Translations under genes and position numbers: made by a program | Shown here: positions 16,299-25,617 of the stretch, in pieces | Layout: each line of letters begins with the position of its first letter | Position numbering within the stretch: position 1 is the stretch's first letter | Source of the DNA: an uncultured SAR86 cluster bacterium | GTDB taxonomy: Bacteria; Pseudomonadota; Gammaproteobacteria; Magnimaribacterales; D2472 | Length of the DNA: 64,000 nt | NCBI GenBank assembly: GCA_943789005.1 | Contig: CALSSL010000001.1 | Span: 512,511 to 576,510, forward strand | Direction: 5' to 3' | Notes under the pieces: generated by a model | Database searches by the model: none | What the model was told of the DNA's origin: nothing | What the model saw: the letters and a program-made list of their open reading frames with translations, nothing else

Positions 16299-17495
16299 AT
16301 GTACAAGATACTTTTAATTCTTTTATCAGTGTTGCTCATAATTATTGGGGTTTTTTATGGTCCCAAAATTGCAAGACTTTATCATTTAGCAAATTTATAT
16401 AATGAGGATTCAATAGCTAGTAATTTTATTAATATAGATAAAATTTTTTCTGTTTCTGAGCCTATTCCTTCCTCAGATAAGCCGTATACATTTCCAACAA
16501 GAGATTTTGTTCTACCAGAAACTTATTTTTTTGATGGTGAGCAAAGACTTCTCTCTGAAGGTTTGGAGCACTTTAAAACCGATGGTTTGATTGTTTTGCA
16601 TAATGGAGATTTGCTCTATGAAAATTATTGGAATAATAATTCAGCCACCAGCAAGCACATAGCATTTTCAGTAACCAAATCCTTTGTGTCAGCATTGGTA
16701 GGAATAGCTCTTGACGAAGGACTAATTGATAGTATTGAAGATCCTATTACAAAATATTTATCTGACTTTAATGGCACTGGCTATGAAGGGGTGAGAATTA
16801 AAGACATTCTGCAAATGTCTTCAGGAGTAGATTTTAATGAAGATTATGCCGACCCAAAATCAGATATAAATAGATTTGGAAGGGCAACAGCGAGAGGGTC
16901 ATCTTTCAGAGATTTTGCAAAATCTCTTGAAAGAGGAAGAGAGCCAGGCACCTATCATGATTATGTGAGTATAGACACTCAAGTACTTGGATTCCTGCTT
17001 GCAGAAGTTACAGGAATGCCATTAAAAGAATACTTACATAAAAAAATATGGAATAAAATTGGCATGGAGGATGAGGCCTTTTTTATTGTGGATAATAATG
17101 GTGTAGAAATGGCTCTTGGCGGGCTAAATGCAACCTTGAGAGATTATGCAAAATTTGGTGAGCTTTATTTAAATAGGGGTAAATGGAATGGCGAACAGGT
17201 AGTTCCAGCAAGCTGGGTAGATGCATCTCACAACACAGACGGCCCTCATTTAAAGCCGGGTGAGTCTGAACTATCTTCATCGCCCTGGGGATATGGATTG
17301 CAGTGGTGGGTGCCAGGCTTTCCAGATACAGATTACACCGCTTCCGGTGTATACAATCAATATATTTATATTGATCCATTAACCAATGTGGTGATAGCGA
17401 AAACATCTTCAAATCATAGATATACTTCTGAAAAGGAATACTCAAAAGCTGCTCATGTGGCAATGTTTAGGGCAATAGCAGAAAGTATTAGATAA
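16299..17495 (+). CDS. Serine hydrolase (beta-lactamase/PBP-related fold)
   Basis: 398 aa with an N-terminal TM anchor. SVTKS is the SxxK active-site motif. Confidence 0.85.
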   Translation: MYKILLILLSVLLIIIGVFYGPKIARLYHLANLYNEDSIASNFINIDKIFSVSEPIPSSDKPYTFPTRDFVLPETYFFDGEQRLLSEGLEHFKTDGLIVLHNGDLLYENYWNNNSATSKHIAFSVTKSFVSALVGIALDEGLIDSIEDPITKYLSDFNGTGYEGVRIKDILQMSSGVDFNEDYADPKSDINRFGRATARGSSFRDFAKSLERGREPGTYHDYVSIDTQVLGFLLAEVTGMPLKEYLHKKIWNKIGMEDEAFFIVDNNGVEMALGGLNATLRDYAKFGELYLNRGKWNGEQVVPASWVDASHNTDGPHLKPGESELSSSPWGYGLQWWVPGFPDTDYTASGVYNQYIYIDPLTNVVIAKTSSNHRYTSEKEYSKAAHVAMFRAIAESIR

Positions 17496-17499
17496 AAAC

Positions 17500-18066
17500 A
17501 TGCGCTTATTAATACTCTTCAGTAGTATTTTTTTATTTTCTTGTCAGAAGATACCAGAAGATAATGTTTATACCCCACCAAACACCACAAAAGAGCTTAA
17601 AAATATAATTTATCTAAATGTTGATATAGATAAAGCCTTACAAAAAATACCAAGCATAATTAATCAAAATTACTCACAAGACCAAAATCTTTTTGAATTT
17701 AAAATTAAAGTTAAGCCCGAAAATATTTCCAAATTTATTGATTGTGGAACAATGAATGATGAGATTTATGTTAATTATATAAATAGGATTTTTGATTCAT
17801 CGCTGGAGATTAAAACATTAACAGAACTTTCAGCTGAAAGGGACAGTTATACTAAGATTGAAATTATTTCACATTATATATTTTCATCAATTGAGACAGG
17901 GGCTCATTTAATGTTGATGCCAAAAGATCCGTCTTCTTTAGATGGGCAATCCACAGACTATACAACAGGAGCACCTTATGTGATGTTTAAAGGAACTCCT
18001 TATGTTCATCTTATGATTCCTATGACCGGATATTACGATTATCAGCCCACGGCAGCACCTAAATAA
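17500..18066 (+). CDS. Hypothetical lipoprotein
   Basis: 188 aa. MRLLILFSSIFLFSC is a lipobox-type signal. Confidence 0.55.
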   Translation: MRLLILFSSIFLFSCQKIPEDNVYTPPNTTKELKNIIYLNVDIDKALQKIPSIINQNYSQDQNLFEFKIKVKPENISKFIDCGTMNDEIYVNYINRIFDSSLEIKTLTELSAERDSYTKIEIISHYIFSSIETGAHLMLMPKDPSSLDGQSTDYTTGAPYVMFKGTPYVHLMIPMTGYYDYQPTAAPK

Positions 18067-18074
18067 AACATTCT

Positions 18075-18104
18075 GCGGCTTCTAAAAAAGAGGCCGCTTA
18101 TTTT
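18075..18104 (+). terminator. Rho-independent terminator
   Basis: GCGGCTTCT (18075-18083) pairs with AGAGGCCGC (18089-18097): 9 bp including one G-U. The loop is AAAAA, followed by TTATTTT. Confidence 0.65.
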
Positions 18105-18194
18105 CAGCCTCACTTACTAGGCAAAAAAGATAATTTTATATTTGTTTCTTACAAAAAATAAAGGTATCTTAATATTTCATTAAAGGGGAAGCGA

Positions 18195-18500
18195 ATGGAA
18201 AGATATACTAATTTTAAAGATTTTTACCCATACTATTTAAGCGAGCACAGTAATAAAACAACTAAGTTGTTGCATTTCATTGGAACAAGCATAGCAATAT
18301 ATTTGTACGTAAGATTTTTTATGACATTTGATTTTATTTTTTTGCTTTATTCTCTTCTTGCTGGCTATGGGTTTGCTTGGATTGCTCATTTTTTTGTTGA
18401 AAAGAATAAACCCGCTACTTTTAAATATCCTTTATGGAGCTTTATTGGCGATCACAAAATGTATCTAGAAATACTTCAGGGCAAGCATAAAATTTTCTAG
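18195..18500 (+). CDS. DUF962 (Mpo1-like) membrane protein
   Basis: 101 aa. FYPYYLSEHSNKTTKLLHFIGT fits the DUF962 signature. Confidence 0.7.
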   Translation: MERYTNFKDFYPYYLSEHSNKTTKLLHFIGTSIAIYLYVRFFMTFDFIFLLYSLLAGYGFAWIAHFFVEKNKPATFKYPLWSFIGDHKMYLEILQGKHKIF

Positions 18501-18503
18501 AAT

Positions 18504-19325
18504 ATGCAAACCTATCAAATAGTAGTTTTATCTATATTTTGTTTTTTAGTAGTTTTAGAGATTGTTTTCACAAATTTTTTTAATAAGAAAAATCAGAGAC
18601 TAAAAGATGGGGTTGTTGAGTTTGTAGGATTTTTTCAATTAAACTTTTTGGCTCTACCTTTAGTATTTGGTTTAGGCTATGGTCTTGCAGAAACCTTTCT
18701 TCCATCCTCTAAGGGCATGATTTCTGATTGGGGTTTTTTTGCTATTTTTGGGTTACTCCTTATTTTTGATGACCTAACCCAATATTGGTGGCATAGAACT
18801 TGCCATAATGTACCTGTCTTATATAACCTTCATAGAGCCCATCATGACTCAGAATATTTATCCATAAGAGTTGTCTATAGAAATGCTTTAGCATATTACT
18901 TATTAATGCCAGGATTATGGTTTGCTGGGATATTATTTTATATGGGTTCTGGGTGGGTATATTTTGTTTATATAGTGGTAAAGCAGGCAGTTATTTTTGG
19001 AGCACATACAGATTTAAGGTGGGATAAAAAATTATATGAAATTAAATGGATGAATCCCATTATGTGGGTTTTGGAAAGAACTATTTCAACCCCCTCTACT
19101 CATTGGGCCCATCATGGTAAACATCTTGATGATGAAAACACTCACTATAAAGGAAACTACGGAAACTTATTATTTATATGGGATATGATTTTTGGCACCG
19201 CAAAGATTACAAGAAAATATCCTAAAGAGGTTGGAGTTGAAAATTTGTCTGAAGTTTCAGCTTTAACACAATTATTCTGGCCAATTTTTCGATCTCCCCA
19301 AGAATCTAAAACAGAAAAAGTATAA
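18504..19325 (+). CDS. Fatty acid hydroxylase/sterol desaturase family protein
   Basis: Histidine boxes WHRTCH, HRAHH and HWAHH. Multi-pass membrane protein. Confidence 0.85.
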   Translation: MQTYQIVVLSIFCFLVVLEIVFTNFFNKKNQRLKDGVVEFVGFFQLNFLALPLVFGLGYGLAETFLPSSKGMISDWGFFAIFGLLLIFDDLTQYWWHRTCHNVPVLYNLHRAHHDSEYLSIRVVYRNALAYYLLMPGLWFAGILFYMGSGWVYFVYIVVKQAVIFGAHTDLRWDKKLYEIKWMNPIMWVLERTISTPSTHWAHHGKHLDDENTHYKGNYGNLLFIWDMIFGTAKITRKYPKEVGVENLSEVSALTQLFWPIFRSPQESKTEKV

Positions 19326-20111
19326 ATGCTTAAAGCGGACGAGTCTTTTTGGAGCAATCCTCCCTGGGGCGATGGCAAACAAAAATATAGGCTTGGTCTT
19401 AGCCCTATAGCTAAAGAAGAATGGCTCAATCGTAAAATTGGAGACAGTCTTTTTAAGCATAAGAAAGATTTGTTAGATAATAACTATCAAGAGGTTGTTG
19501 CTGTAACTCAATCCTCATTAGAAGCTCAGAACATTTTAAAAGAATACCTCAAGGTAGATAAAAGACAGTACCCAGATCTTATAGCTGACATGAGTTTAGT
19601 TATTCAAGATGATCTTTGTTTAATTAGATCTAATGGTGACCAAGAGCTCATAGCTGCTAGTGTTTGCTCTCCTAGCTACTGGAATGTTCAATCAAAGATT
19701 GGAAGACCCTTAAGAGAAATACATAAACCTGTTACGACACTCAATGAAAAAATTGGAGATAGGATAGAAACGTTTATAAGACAAGCACCTATCATGAAGC
19801 CTTTTTCAAGACAGAACTGGCTAATTCATGGCGATACAAATAGGTTTTATATAAGAGAAGAAACATTACCTAAAACAGACCCATCTGGGTGGTTTATTAG
19901 ATCTGAAAGAGAAACATTATGCCGTTTCCATAAAGACTATTCTTTATTTACCATTAATGTTTTTTTCCAGCCTCTTAAATTAATTCACGAACACATTAAG
20001 CAAAAACAAGACTTAATTAATAGTTTAAGGGGTTTTGATGAGGCGGAGATTTCCTATTTTGGCGGAATAAAAAAAATTCAGCTTTTACTCAATTACCTAT
20101 TAGGTAAATAG
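19326..20111 (+). CDS. DUF3445 (heme-dependent oxidative N-demethylase-like) family protein
   Basis: 261 aa. VIQDDLCLI...ASVCSPSYW...IHKPV resembles the DUF3445 core. Confidence 0.6.
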   Translation: MLKADESFWSNPPWGDGKQKYRLGLSPIAKEEWLNRKIGDSLFKHKKDLLDNNYQEVVAVTQSSLEAQNILKEYLKVDKRQYPDLIADMSLVIQDDLCLIRSNGDQELIAASVCSPSYWNVQSKIGRPLREIHKPVTTLNEKIGDRIETFIRQAPIMKPFSRQNWLIHGDTNRFYIREETLPKTDPSGWFIRSERETLCRFHKDYSLFTINVFFQPLKLIHEHIKQKQDLINSLRGFDEAEISYFGGIKKIQLLLNYLLGK

Positions 20112-20145
20112 AGTAAAATAATATATATATATTTTAGGGGAAAAT

Positions 20146-20646
20146 ATGTTTGGTGGAATTTCATATATTGGTTGGTTTCATACTATTTTGGGAACTGCTG
20201 CCATCGTTATAGGGCTTTATCTTTTAATAAAAGATAGATTTATTTTTATGAACACCAAGCTTACAAATTTCTATTTGTTGAGCACTTTCTTTACATGTGC
20301 ATCATCATTTTTTTTATATGCAGCGACAGGCTCTTTTAATACCGCTCATCTGCTTTCTGTTATAACCATCTTCGCTATCCTTTTTGCATTGGTCTTACAA
20401 AGGTTTAATCTTTTTGGATTTTTAACAGTTTACTTAAAGCAGCTTGCTTTAACTGGAACAGTATTTTTTAGCATGTTGCCAACAACCGCTGAAGTTCTCC
20501 AAAGGTTTCCACCAAATGATCCTTTTGCAAACTCGATAGAAGATCCGTTAGTTCAAAGTTTTTATATGGCATATGTTGGCATTTTCGGCATTTTTGCAAT
20601 TTATCAAATGGTAAGAATTTATAGGGAGGATATAGATGGAATCTGA
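20146..20646 (+). CDS. Hypothetical multi-pass membrane protein
   Basis: 166 aa with 4-5 hydrophobic segments. GGGGAAAA lies upstream of the ATG. Confidence 0.55.
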   Translation: MFGGISYIGWFHTILGTAAIVIGLYLLIKDRFIFMNTKLTNFYLLSTFFTCASSFFLYAATGSFNTAHLLSVITIFAILFALVLQRFNLFGFLTVYLKQLALTGTVFFSMLPTTAEVLQRFPPNDPFANSIEDPLVQSFYMAYVGIFGIFAIYQMVRIYREDIDGI

Positions 20647-22009
20647 TAATTATAATAACTTGGTTAAAGCCTCTAAAGAGGCTCATCGAAAGTGGAGACT
20701 GATTCCTGCTCCACAAAGAGGCGACGTCATTAGACTATTTGGGAATGAGTTAAGGAATAACAAAATAGAACTTGCAAGTGTAATTACTACTGAAGCAAGA
20801 AAAATTGTTTCTGAGGCTGAGGGAGAGGTTCAAGAAGCAATTGATATGTGTGATTTTGCAACAGGACTTAGTAGGCAGCTTTATGGCTTAACTATGCCAA
20901 GCGAAAGACCCGATCATAGATTGCAAGAACTGTGGCAACCCATAGGAGTGGTTGGCTGTATAACGGCTTTTAATTTTCCTATGGCAGTATTTGCATGGAA
21001 CTTTTGTTTAGCTTCAGTGTGTGGCAACAGCATTATTTGGAAACCAAGTCCTCATTCTTTTAAATGCGCTGATGCTATTAAAGAGATATGGGACAGAGTT
21101 TCGGGAGAGCATAAAGATTTGGTTATCCTTTTAAAAGGAGGAAAAGAGGAGGCCGTAGCTCTATGTAAGGACAATAACATTCCTCTTATTTCTGCAACTG
21201 GAAGTACTCAGATGGGCAAAGAGCTTGCTCCGATTGTATCGGCTAGGCTAGGAAGAACTTTATTAGAATTAGGCGGAAACAATGCGGCAATTATATGCCC
21301 AACTGCGGATTTAGATTTAACAGTAAAAGGCATAACATTTTCTGCATGCGGGACAACAGGACAAAGATGTACAACTCTAAGAAGAGCCTTTGTCCATGAG
21401 GATGTATATGCAGAATTTATGGACAAACTTCATGCATATTACTCAACCCTTAAAATTGGAGACCCTTCTGATAAATCTTCTCAGCTAGGGCCGTTGATTT
21501 CAGAATTAAGTTTTAATAACATGCAAAGAGTTCTGATTCACTCAGAAAGAAAGATGTAAATATTTATGGAGGGCAAAGATTAGAGACTGGAGACCCAAAA
21601 GAATTTTATGTAATGCCTGCAATTGTTGAGGTTTCTGAAAGTTGAAGATGAAATGCTAAATGAGACTTTTGCACCAATCTTATATGTAAAGAAATTTAAA
21701 GACCTAAAAGACGCTATTCATATGCAAAATAATGTTAAACAGGGTTTAAGCAGCTCAATTTTTACCAATGATATTAGAGAGTCTGAGCTGTTTTTAAGCT
21801 CAGAAGGAAGTGATTGTGGAATAGCAAATGTAAATATTGGAACCAGTGGCGCAGAAATAGGCGGAGCCTTTGGCGGTGAAAAAGAAACTGGGGGTGGTAG
21901 AGAGTCAGGATCAGATGCGTGGAAAACCTATATGAGAAGAGTTACAGCAACAGTGAATTATGGAAAAGATCTTCCACTAGCTCAAGGAGTAGAATTTGAT
22001 GAAAGCTAA
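20636..22009 (+). pseudogene. ALDH7-type aldehyde dehydrogenase (alpha-aminoadipic semialdehyde/piperideine-6-carboxylate dehydrogenase), broken by two frame changes
   Basis: EGEVQEAIDMCDFATGLSRQLYG, ELGGNNA, GQRCTT and the C-terminal [31 protein letters not shown] closely match the ALDH7 (antiquitin) family. Frame 2 runs to about 21535. Frame 1 holds [35 protein letters not shown]. Frame 2 resumes at 21641. Confidence 0.85.
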
Positions 22010-23006
22010 AATAGCAATTATTGGTAAAGGCAACATAGGCTGGGCAATTAAACAGCTTTTAAAAGAAGACTATGAGATTAAACATGGCGATATAACAGAA
22101 GGCTTAGATGCCCGAGATATATCTCAGGTAAGAGAATTTCTTAAAGGAATGGATGCTGTTATATCTGCTGGCCCATTTGCAATTAATAAAAACATTGGAA
22201 CGGTTGCTGCAGAAATGAGTATTGGATATTTTGATTTAACTGAAGATGTGGAAACCACAGAATTTATAAGAAAAATAGACTCTCCAAGCGTTATGATGCC
22301 CCAGTGTGGACTAGCTCCTGGTGCAATTAATATTTGTGCGGCTGGGATGATAAACCAATTTGATAATGTAAAAGAAGTCATGATGAGAGTTGGCGCTCTT
22401 CCTAGGTTTACAAATAATGAAATGAGCTATTATTTGAGCTGGTCTACAAATGGCTTGATAAATGAATATTGCAATGAAGCAGATGCAATTTATGAGGGAA
22501 AATCCATAAAAGTAATGCCTTTAGAGGGGGCCGAAAAGTTAACCATTGAAGGAGAGGCATACGAGGCATTTAATACCAGCGGCGGTTGTGCAACTATGTG
22601 TGAAACATATGAAAATAAAGTCGACAACCTTTCATACAAGACAATTAGATACCCAGGGCATCTTAATCATATGAAATTTTTATTCAATGATCTGCACTTA
22701 AAAAAGAATAAAGATGTCTTAGAAAAACTATTTGATAAGGAAGTGCCTAGGACCACAAACGATGTCATTGTTTTTTTTGTAAAGGTTATTGGCGAAATCA
22801 ATGGCATACTCCAAGAGAAGACATATTTAAAAAAAATATACGGCAATAAAAAATTTAGTGCAATTCAGCTAACAACAGCCTCAGGTGTTTGTAGTGTTTT
22901 GGATATGTATTTGAATGGAAAAATAAAATCTAAAGGTTTTGTAAAGCAAGAATCAATTTCCTGGGAAGACTTTATTGATAACCCTTTTGGGAAAGTTTAT
23001 ATTTAA
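21996..23006 (+). CDS. Saccharopine dehydrogenase family protein (possible L-lysine 6-dehydrogenase)
   Basis: 336 aa. N-terminal Rossmann motif [10 protein letters not shown], and Sacchrp_dh-like [12 protein letters not shown]. It overlaps the end of the ALDH7-type gene. Confidence 0.7.
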   Translation: MMKAKIAIIGKGNIGWAIKQLLKEDYEIKHGDITEGLDARDISQVREFLKGMDAVISAGPFAINKNIGTVAAEMSIGYFDLTEDVETTEFIRKIDSPSVMMPQCGLAPGAINICAAGMINQFDNVKEVMMRVGALPRFTNNEMSYYLSWSTNGLINEYCNEADAIYEGKSIKVMPLEGAEKLTIEGEAYEAFNTSGGCATMCETYENKVDNLSYKTIRYPGHLNHMKFLFNDLHLKKNKDVLEKLFDKEVPRTTNDVIVFFVKVIGEINGILQEKTYLKKIYGNKKFSAIQLTTASGVCSVLDMYLNGKIKSKGFVKQESISWEDFIDNPFGKVYI

Positions 23007-23201
23007 CTAATCTTCATACTTAAAAATTTCATCTATAGAAACATTAAAGTATTTGGTCAATTTAATAGCCAATGTAAGAGAGGGATCAAATTTTCCATTT
23101 TCTATTGAATTAATTGTTTGTCTACTAACAGATAAAGCATTAGCCAAATCATTTTGACTGACATTTTTTATCTTGCGCAGACTTTTTAAATTATTATTCA
23201 T
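23007..23201 (-). CDS. XRE/Cro-type helix-turn-helix transcriptional regulator
   Basis: 64 aa. VSQNDLANALSVSRQTINSIENG. Paralogous to 7233-7445. Confidence 0.85.
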   Translation of the reverse strand: MNNNLKSLRKIKNVSQNDLANALSVSRQTINSIENGKFDPSLTLAIKLTKYFNVSIDEIFKYED

Positions 23202-23652
23202 TTCTTAAATATTTTTTATCGAATATAAATCCACCGATAAATGTTCCTATGCATAATGCAAGGAAACATTCATAAAAACCAACAACAAAGCCAAGGTATG
23301 GAGAAAATATAGACATCAACATCCCAAAGCATACAAAGCCAATGCTGCCCCATGCCCCTATGTAATAGGAATACCTATGAAAAAGTTCATCTTGGGTTTT
23401 AAGAAATTTATTGTAGAAATATACCGCCATACTCCAAAAAAATACAATGAACAATCTTATAATACCGAAGAAAGTTGAGGTTGGATCTACATCTTGAGCA
23501 GGGCCCATAACCCCATCAACGCTTGTTAAGTGTATCCCCCAAAAGATTGCGCCTATGAAAAACATTGTTATGGAGATAAGATAATTTTTTTTATCCTCTT
23601 TGTTTAAAGACGAAATTTTTACCCATCCGCCTCTATGCGTTATTTTAGCCAT
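23194..23652 (-). CDS. Small multi-pass membrane protein, co-operonic with the XRE regulator
   Basis: 152 aa with four TM segments. 8-nt overlap with the HTH gene. Same architecture as 7448-7882. Confidence 0.6.
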   Translation of the reverse strand: MAKITHRGGWVKISSLNKEDKKNYLISITMFFIGAIFWGIHLTSVDGVMGPAQDVDPTSTFFGIIRLFIVFFWSMAVYFYNKFLKTQDELFHRYSYYIGAWGSIGFVCFGMLMSIFSPYLGFVVGFYECFLALCIGTFIGGFIFDKKYLRNE

Positions 23653-23712
23653 TTACAATCCCTCATTATTTAAAATAATATTAAGTTAAAACAATATAAG
23701 ATATAAAAAAAA

Positions 23713-23734
23713 TATGTCAAGTATACTTGACATA
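23713..23734. promoter_or_regulatory. Candidate operator: perfect 22-bp palindrome
   Basis: TATGTCAAGTATACTTGACATA is its own reverse complement. It sits in the divergent region between the minus-strand membrane-XRE operon and the plus-strand lipoprotein gene. Confidence 0.5.
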
Positions 23735-23798
23735 AGATTTTTTGTCTTATGTTATTCTATTTAATGAAATTACTTATAAAAAGTGTAATATAGCTATT

Positions 23799-24290
23799 AT
23801 GAAATATAAAAATTTTTTAATACCGGCTCTATTTTTAACAATTTTATCAAGTTGTGCTCTTATAACAGACGAATATCAAGCAAATCAAAGAAAAGTCATT
23901 GCTTATCTTCTTGAAGATTTGCCACTACCTGAAGACGCTGAAATTATAAAAGTTCCGACAGTACTTTTAGGAACAGGTGATTCAATATCCGGAAGGATAA
24001 TTATGACATCAGGATATAGTCCTGCTGAAAACTTAATTTTTTATGGAACTGAAACTCTTTCAACCGGATGGCAGCTAATATCCTCAAAAGTTGGTGAAGA
24101 GGTTACGTTGGTTTATTCAAAGGCCGGAAGATTCGCAACTATATATATTTCACCTCGTTCTACCGTTGGCGGTTTTATAGCAGGCGATTATGGAAGTGAT
24201 ATCGATATTTCTGTTGTTCACCCTGACGCGATAGGTATTCAAAACCCATACGAAGATCTTAATTATCAATCTCTACCCGAGCTGCCTTAA
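23799..24290 (+). CDS. Hypothetical lipoprotein
   Basis: The internal Met gives MKYKNFLIPALFLTILSSC (lipobox). The ORF-track start at 23742 is probably too far upstream. Confidence 0.55.
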   Translation: MKYKNFLIPALFLTILSSCALITDEYQANQRKVIAYLLEDLPLPEDAEIIKVPTVLLGTGDSISGRIIMTSGYSPAENLIFYGTETLSTGWQLISSKVGEEVTLVYSKAGRFATIYISPRSTVGGFIAGDYGSDIDISVVHPDAIGIQNPYEDLNYQSLPELP

Positions 24291-24308
24291 TCAGATTATT
24301 TACAAAAG

Positions 24309-24992
24309 ATGGTTGAGTTAGATGTTCTAGGGCTGTCTCATATTCTGACAGTTATATTAAGTATATCCAGTATTATTTTAATCCCTAAATATCTTAAAGA
24401 CACATCTTTCAAGGTAAAAAATTCTTTTAAATACCTAATAATTTTTTTGTTACTCATTAATCAGATTATGGATTTTTATAGGGAGGGAATTGCTATTGGA
24501 AGATGGCAAGAAGGACTACCACTTCATTTGTGCGATTTTTCTACGATGGCTATTATTTTATATTTTCTTACAAAAAAAAGAGATTTTTTTGTTTTTGCAT
24601 TTTTCTTTGGTATAGCTGGTGGCGGTATGTCAATCTTAACTCCAGATACTGTCTATGGTTTTCCTTATATTGGCTATATACAAAGTCAAATAGGCCATAC
24701 AATGATTCTAATGGGCGTTACTTATGCCATGATAATAGATAAACAAAGACCTTACTTGATTGATGTGCCTAAAGCACTTTTTTATGCTTCAGTGCTTTTG
24801 TTGTTTACTTATTTTATGAATTATATTTTAGGTACCAACTATTGGTTCTTGGCAGAAAAACCTATTGGAGATAATATAACCTCGTTTATGAGACCAGAAC
24901 CTTTTCACATAATTGATCTATATATAGCCGCTATCGTTATCTGTTACGCTATTTATTTACCATACTACTTAAGAGATAGATCTCGAGGTTGA
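24309..24992 (+). CDS. TIGR02206/YwaF-like integral membrane protein
   Basis: 227 aa, multi-pass. The LPLHLCD motif is characteristic of this family. Confidence 0.65.
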   Translation: MVELDVLGLSHILTVILSISSIILIPKYLKDTSFKVKNSFKYLIIFLLLINQIMDFYREGIAIGRWQEGLPLHLCDFSTMAIILYFLTKKRDFFVFAFFFGIAGGGMSILTPDTVYGFPYIGYIQSQIGHTMILMGVTYAMIIDKQRPYLIDVPKALFYASVLLLFTYFMNYILGTNYWFLAEKPIGDNITSFMRPEPFHIIDLYIAAIVICYAIYLPYYLRDRSRG

Positions 24993-24993
24993 A

Positions 24994-25617
24994 ATGTCAA
25001 AGATAAAAAAAGAAATAGTTTCAAGAAAGCAGATACCTATTAATTTTAGAGCCTCTAGACCGAAGATTGTTCAATGGTTAGCCAGATGTTTTTTAAGGGC
25101 TTTTGGCTGGAAAGTTGAAGGAGCAGTTCCTCCTGTTGCCAGTAATGAAAACTTAATTCTTATTGCCGGGCCTCATACATCAAACTGGGATGGTATTTTT
25201 GGATTTGCAGCCATTCTTGGCCTTGATGCCAAGATTACTTTTTTTGGTAAACATAGTTTATTCAAACAACCTATTCTCGGTAGGTTTATGAAATACATGG
25301 GTGGAATTCCTGTGGACAAGACTAAACCTGGGGCAGGTTTAACTGAGGTTGCTATAGCAAACATGAAAAAGCTTAATGGTTCATTAATAGCCATGTCTCC
25401 TGAGGGAACAAGAGCAAAGACTGAAAAGTTGAAATCAGGGTTTTTAAGAATTGCTAAAGCTGTTGAAGGTCAAATATTCTTAGGCGCGTTTGATTTTGGT
25501 AATAAAAAAATTGTGCTCGATAAATTTTATAATCCAACCGGAAACATGGAAAAGGACTTAGCTTGGATTAGAGAATATTTTAGGCAATACCAAGCAAAGC
25601 GTCCTGAAAATTATTAA
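24994..25617 (+). CDS. Lysophospholipid (1-acyl-sn-glycerol-3-phosphate-type) acyltransferase family protein
   Basis: HTSNWD is the HxxxxD catalytic motif. SPEGTR is the second acyltransferase block. Confidence 0.8.
   Translation: MSKIKKEIVSRKQIPINFRASRPKIVQWLARCFLRAFGWKVEGAVPPVASNENLILIAGPHTSNWDGIFGFAAILGLDAKITFFGKHSLFKQPILGRFMKYMGGIPVDKTKPGAGLTEVAIANMKKLNGSLIAMSPEGTRAKTEKLKSGFLRIAKAVEGQIFLGAFDFGNKKIVLDKFYNPTGNMEKDLAWIREYFRQYQAKRPENY

Noticed and set aside
18066-18130. CATTCTGCGG and CACTTACT downstream of the 17500-18066 gene resemble pieces of the glmS-region repeat family.
   Set aside because: The matches are only 8-10 nt. The region is better explained as an ordinary rho-independent terminator (GCGGCTTCT/AGAGGCCGC stem plus T-tract).
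21529-21540. Two of the frame changes (here and at 43767-43772) share the context TG^ATTC, where TGGATTC is expected. That creates a GANTC-like motif, which hinted at methylation-linked base-calling errors tied to the island methyltransferase.
   Set aside because: Each junction can equally be repaired by lengthening the adjacent 3-nt homopolymer (AAA 21525-27, TTT 43766-68). The other two frame changes (21638-40, 44361-63) have no GANTC context. Homopolymer length error or slippage is the simpler common explanation.
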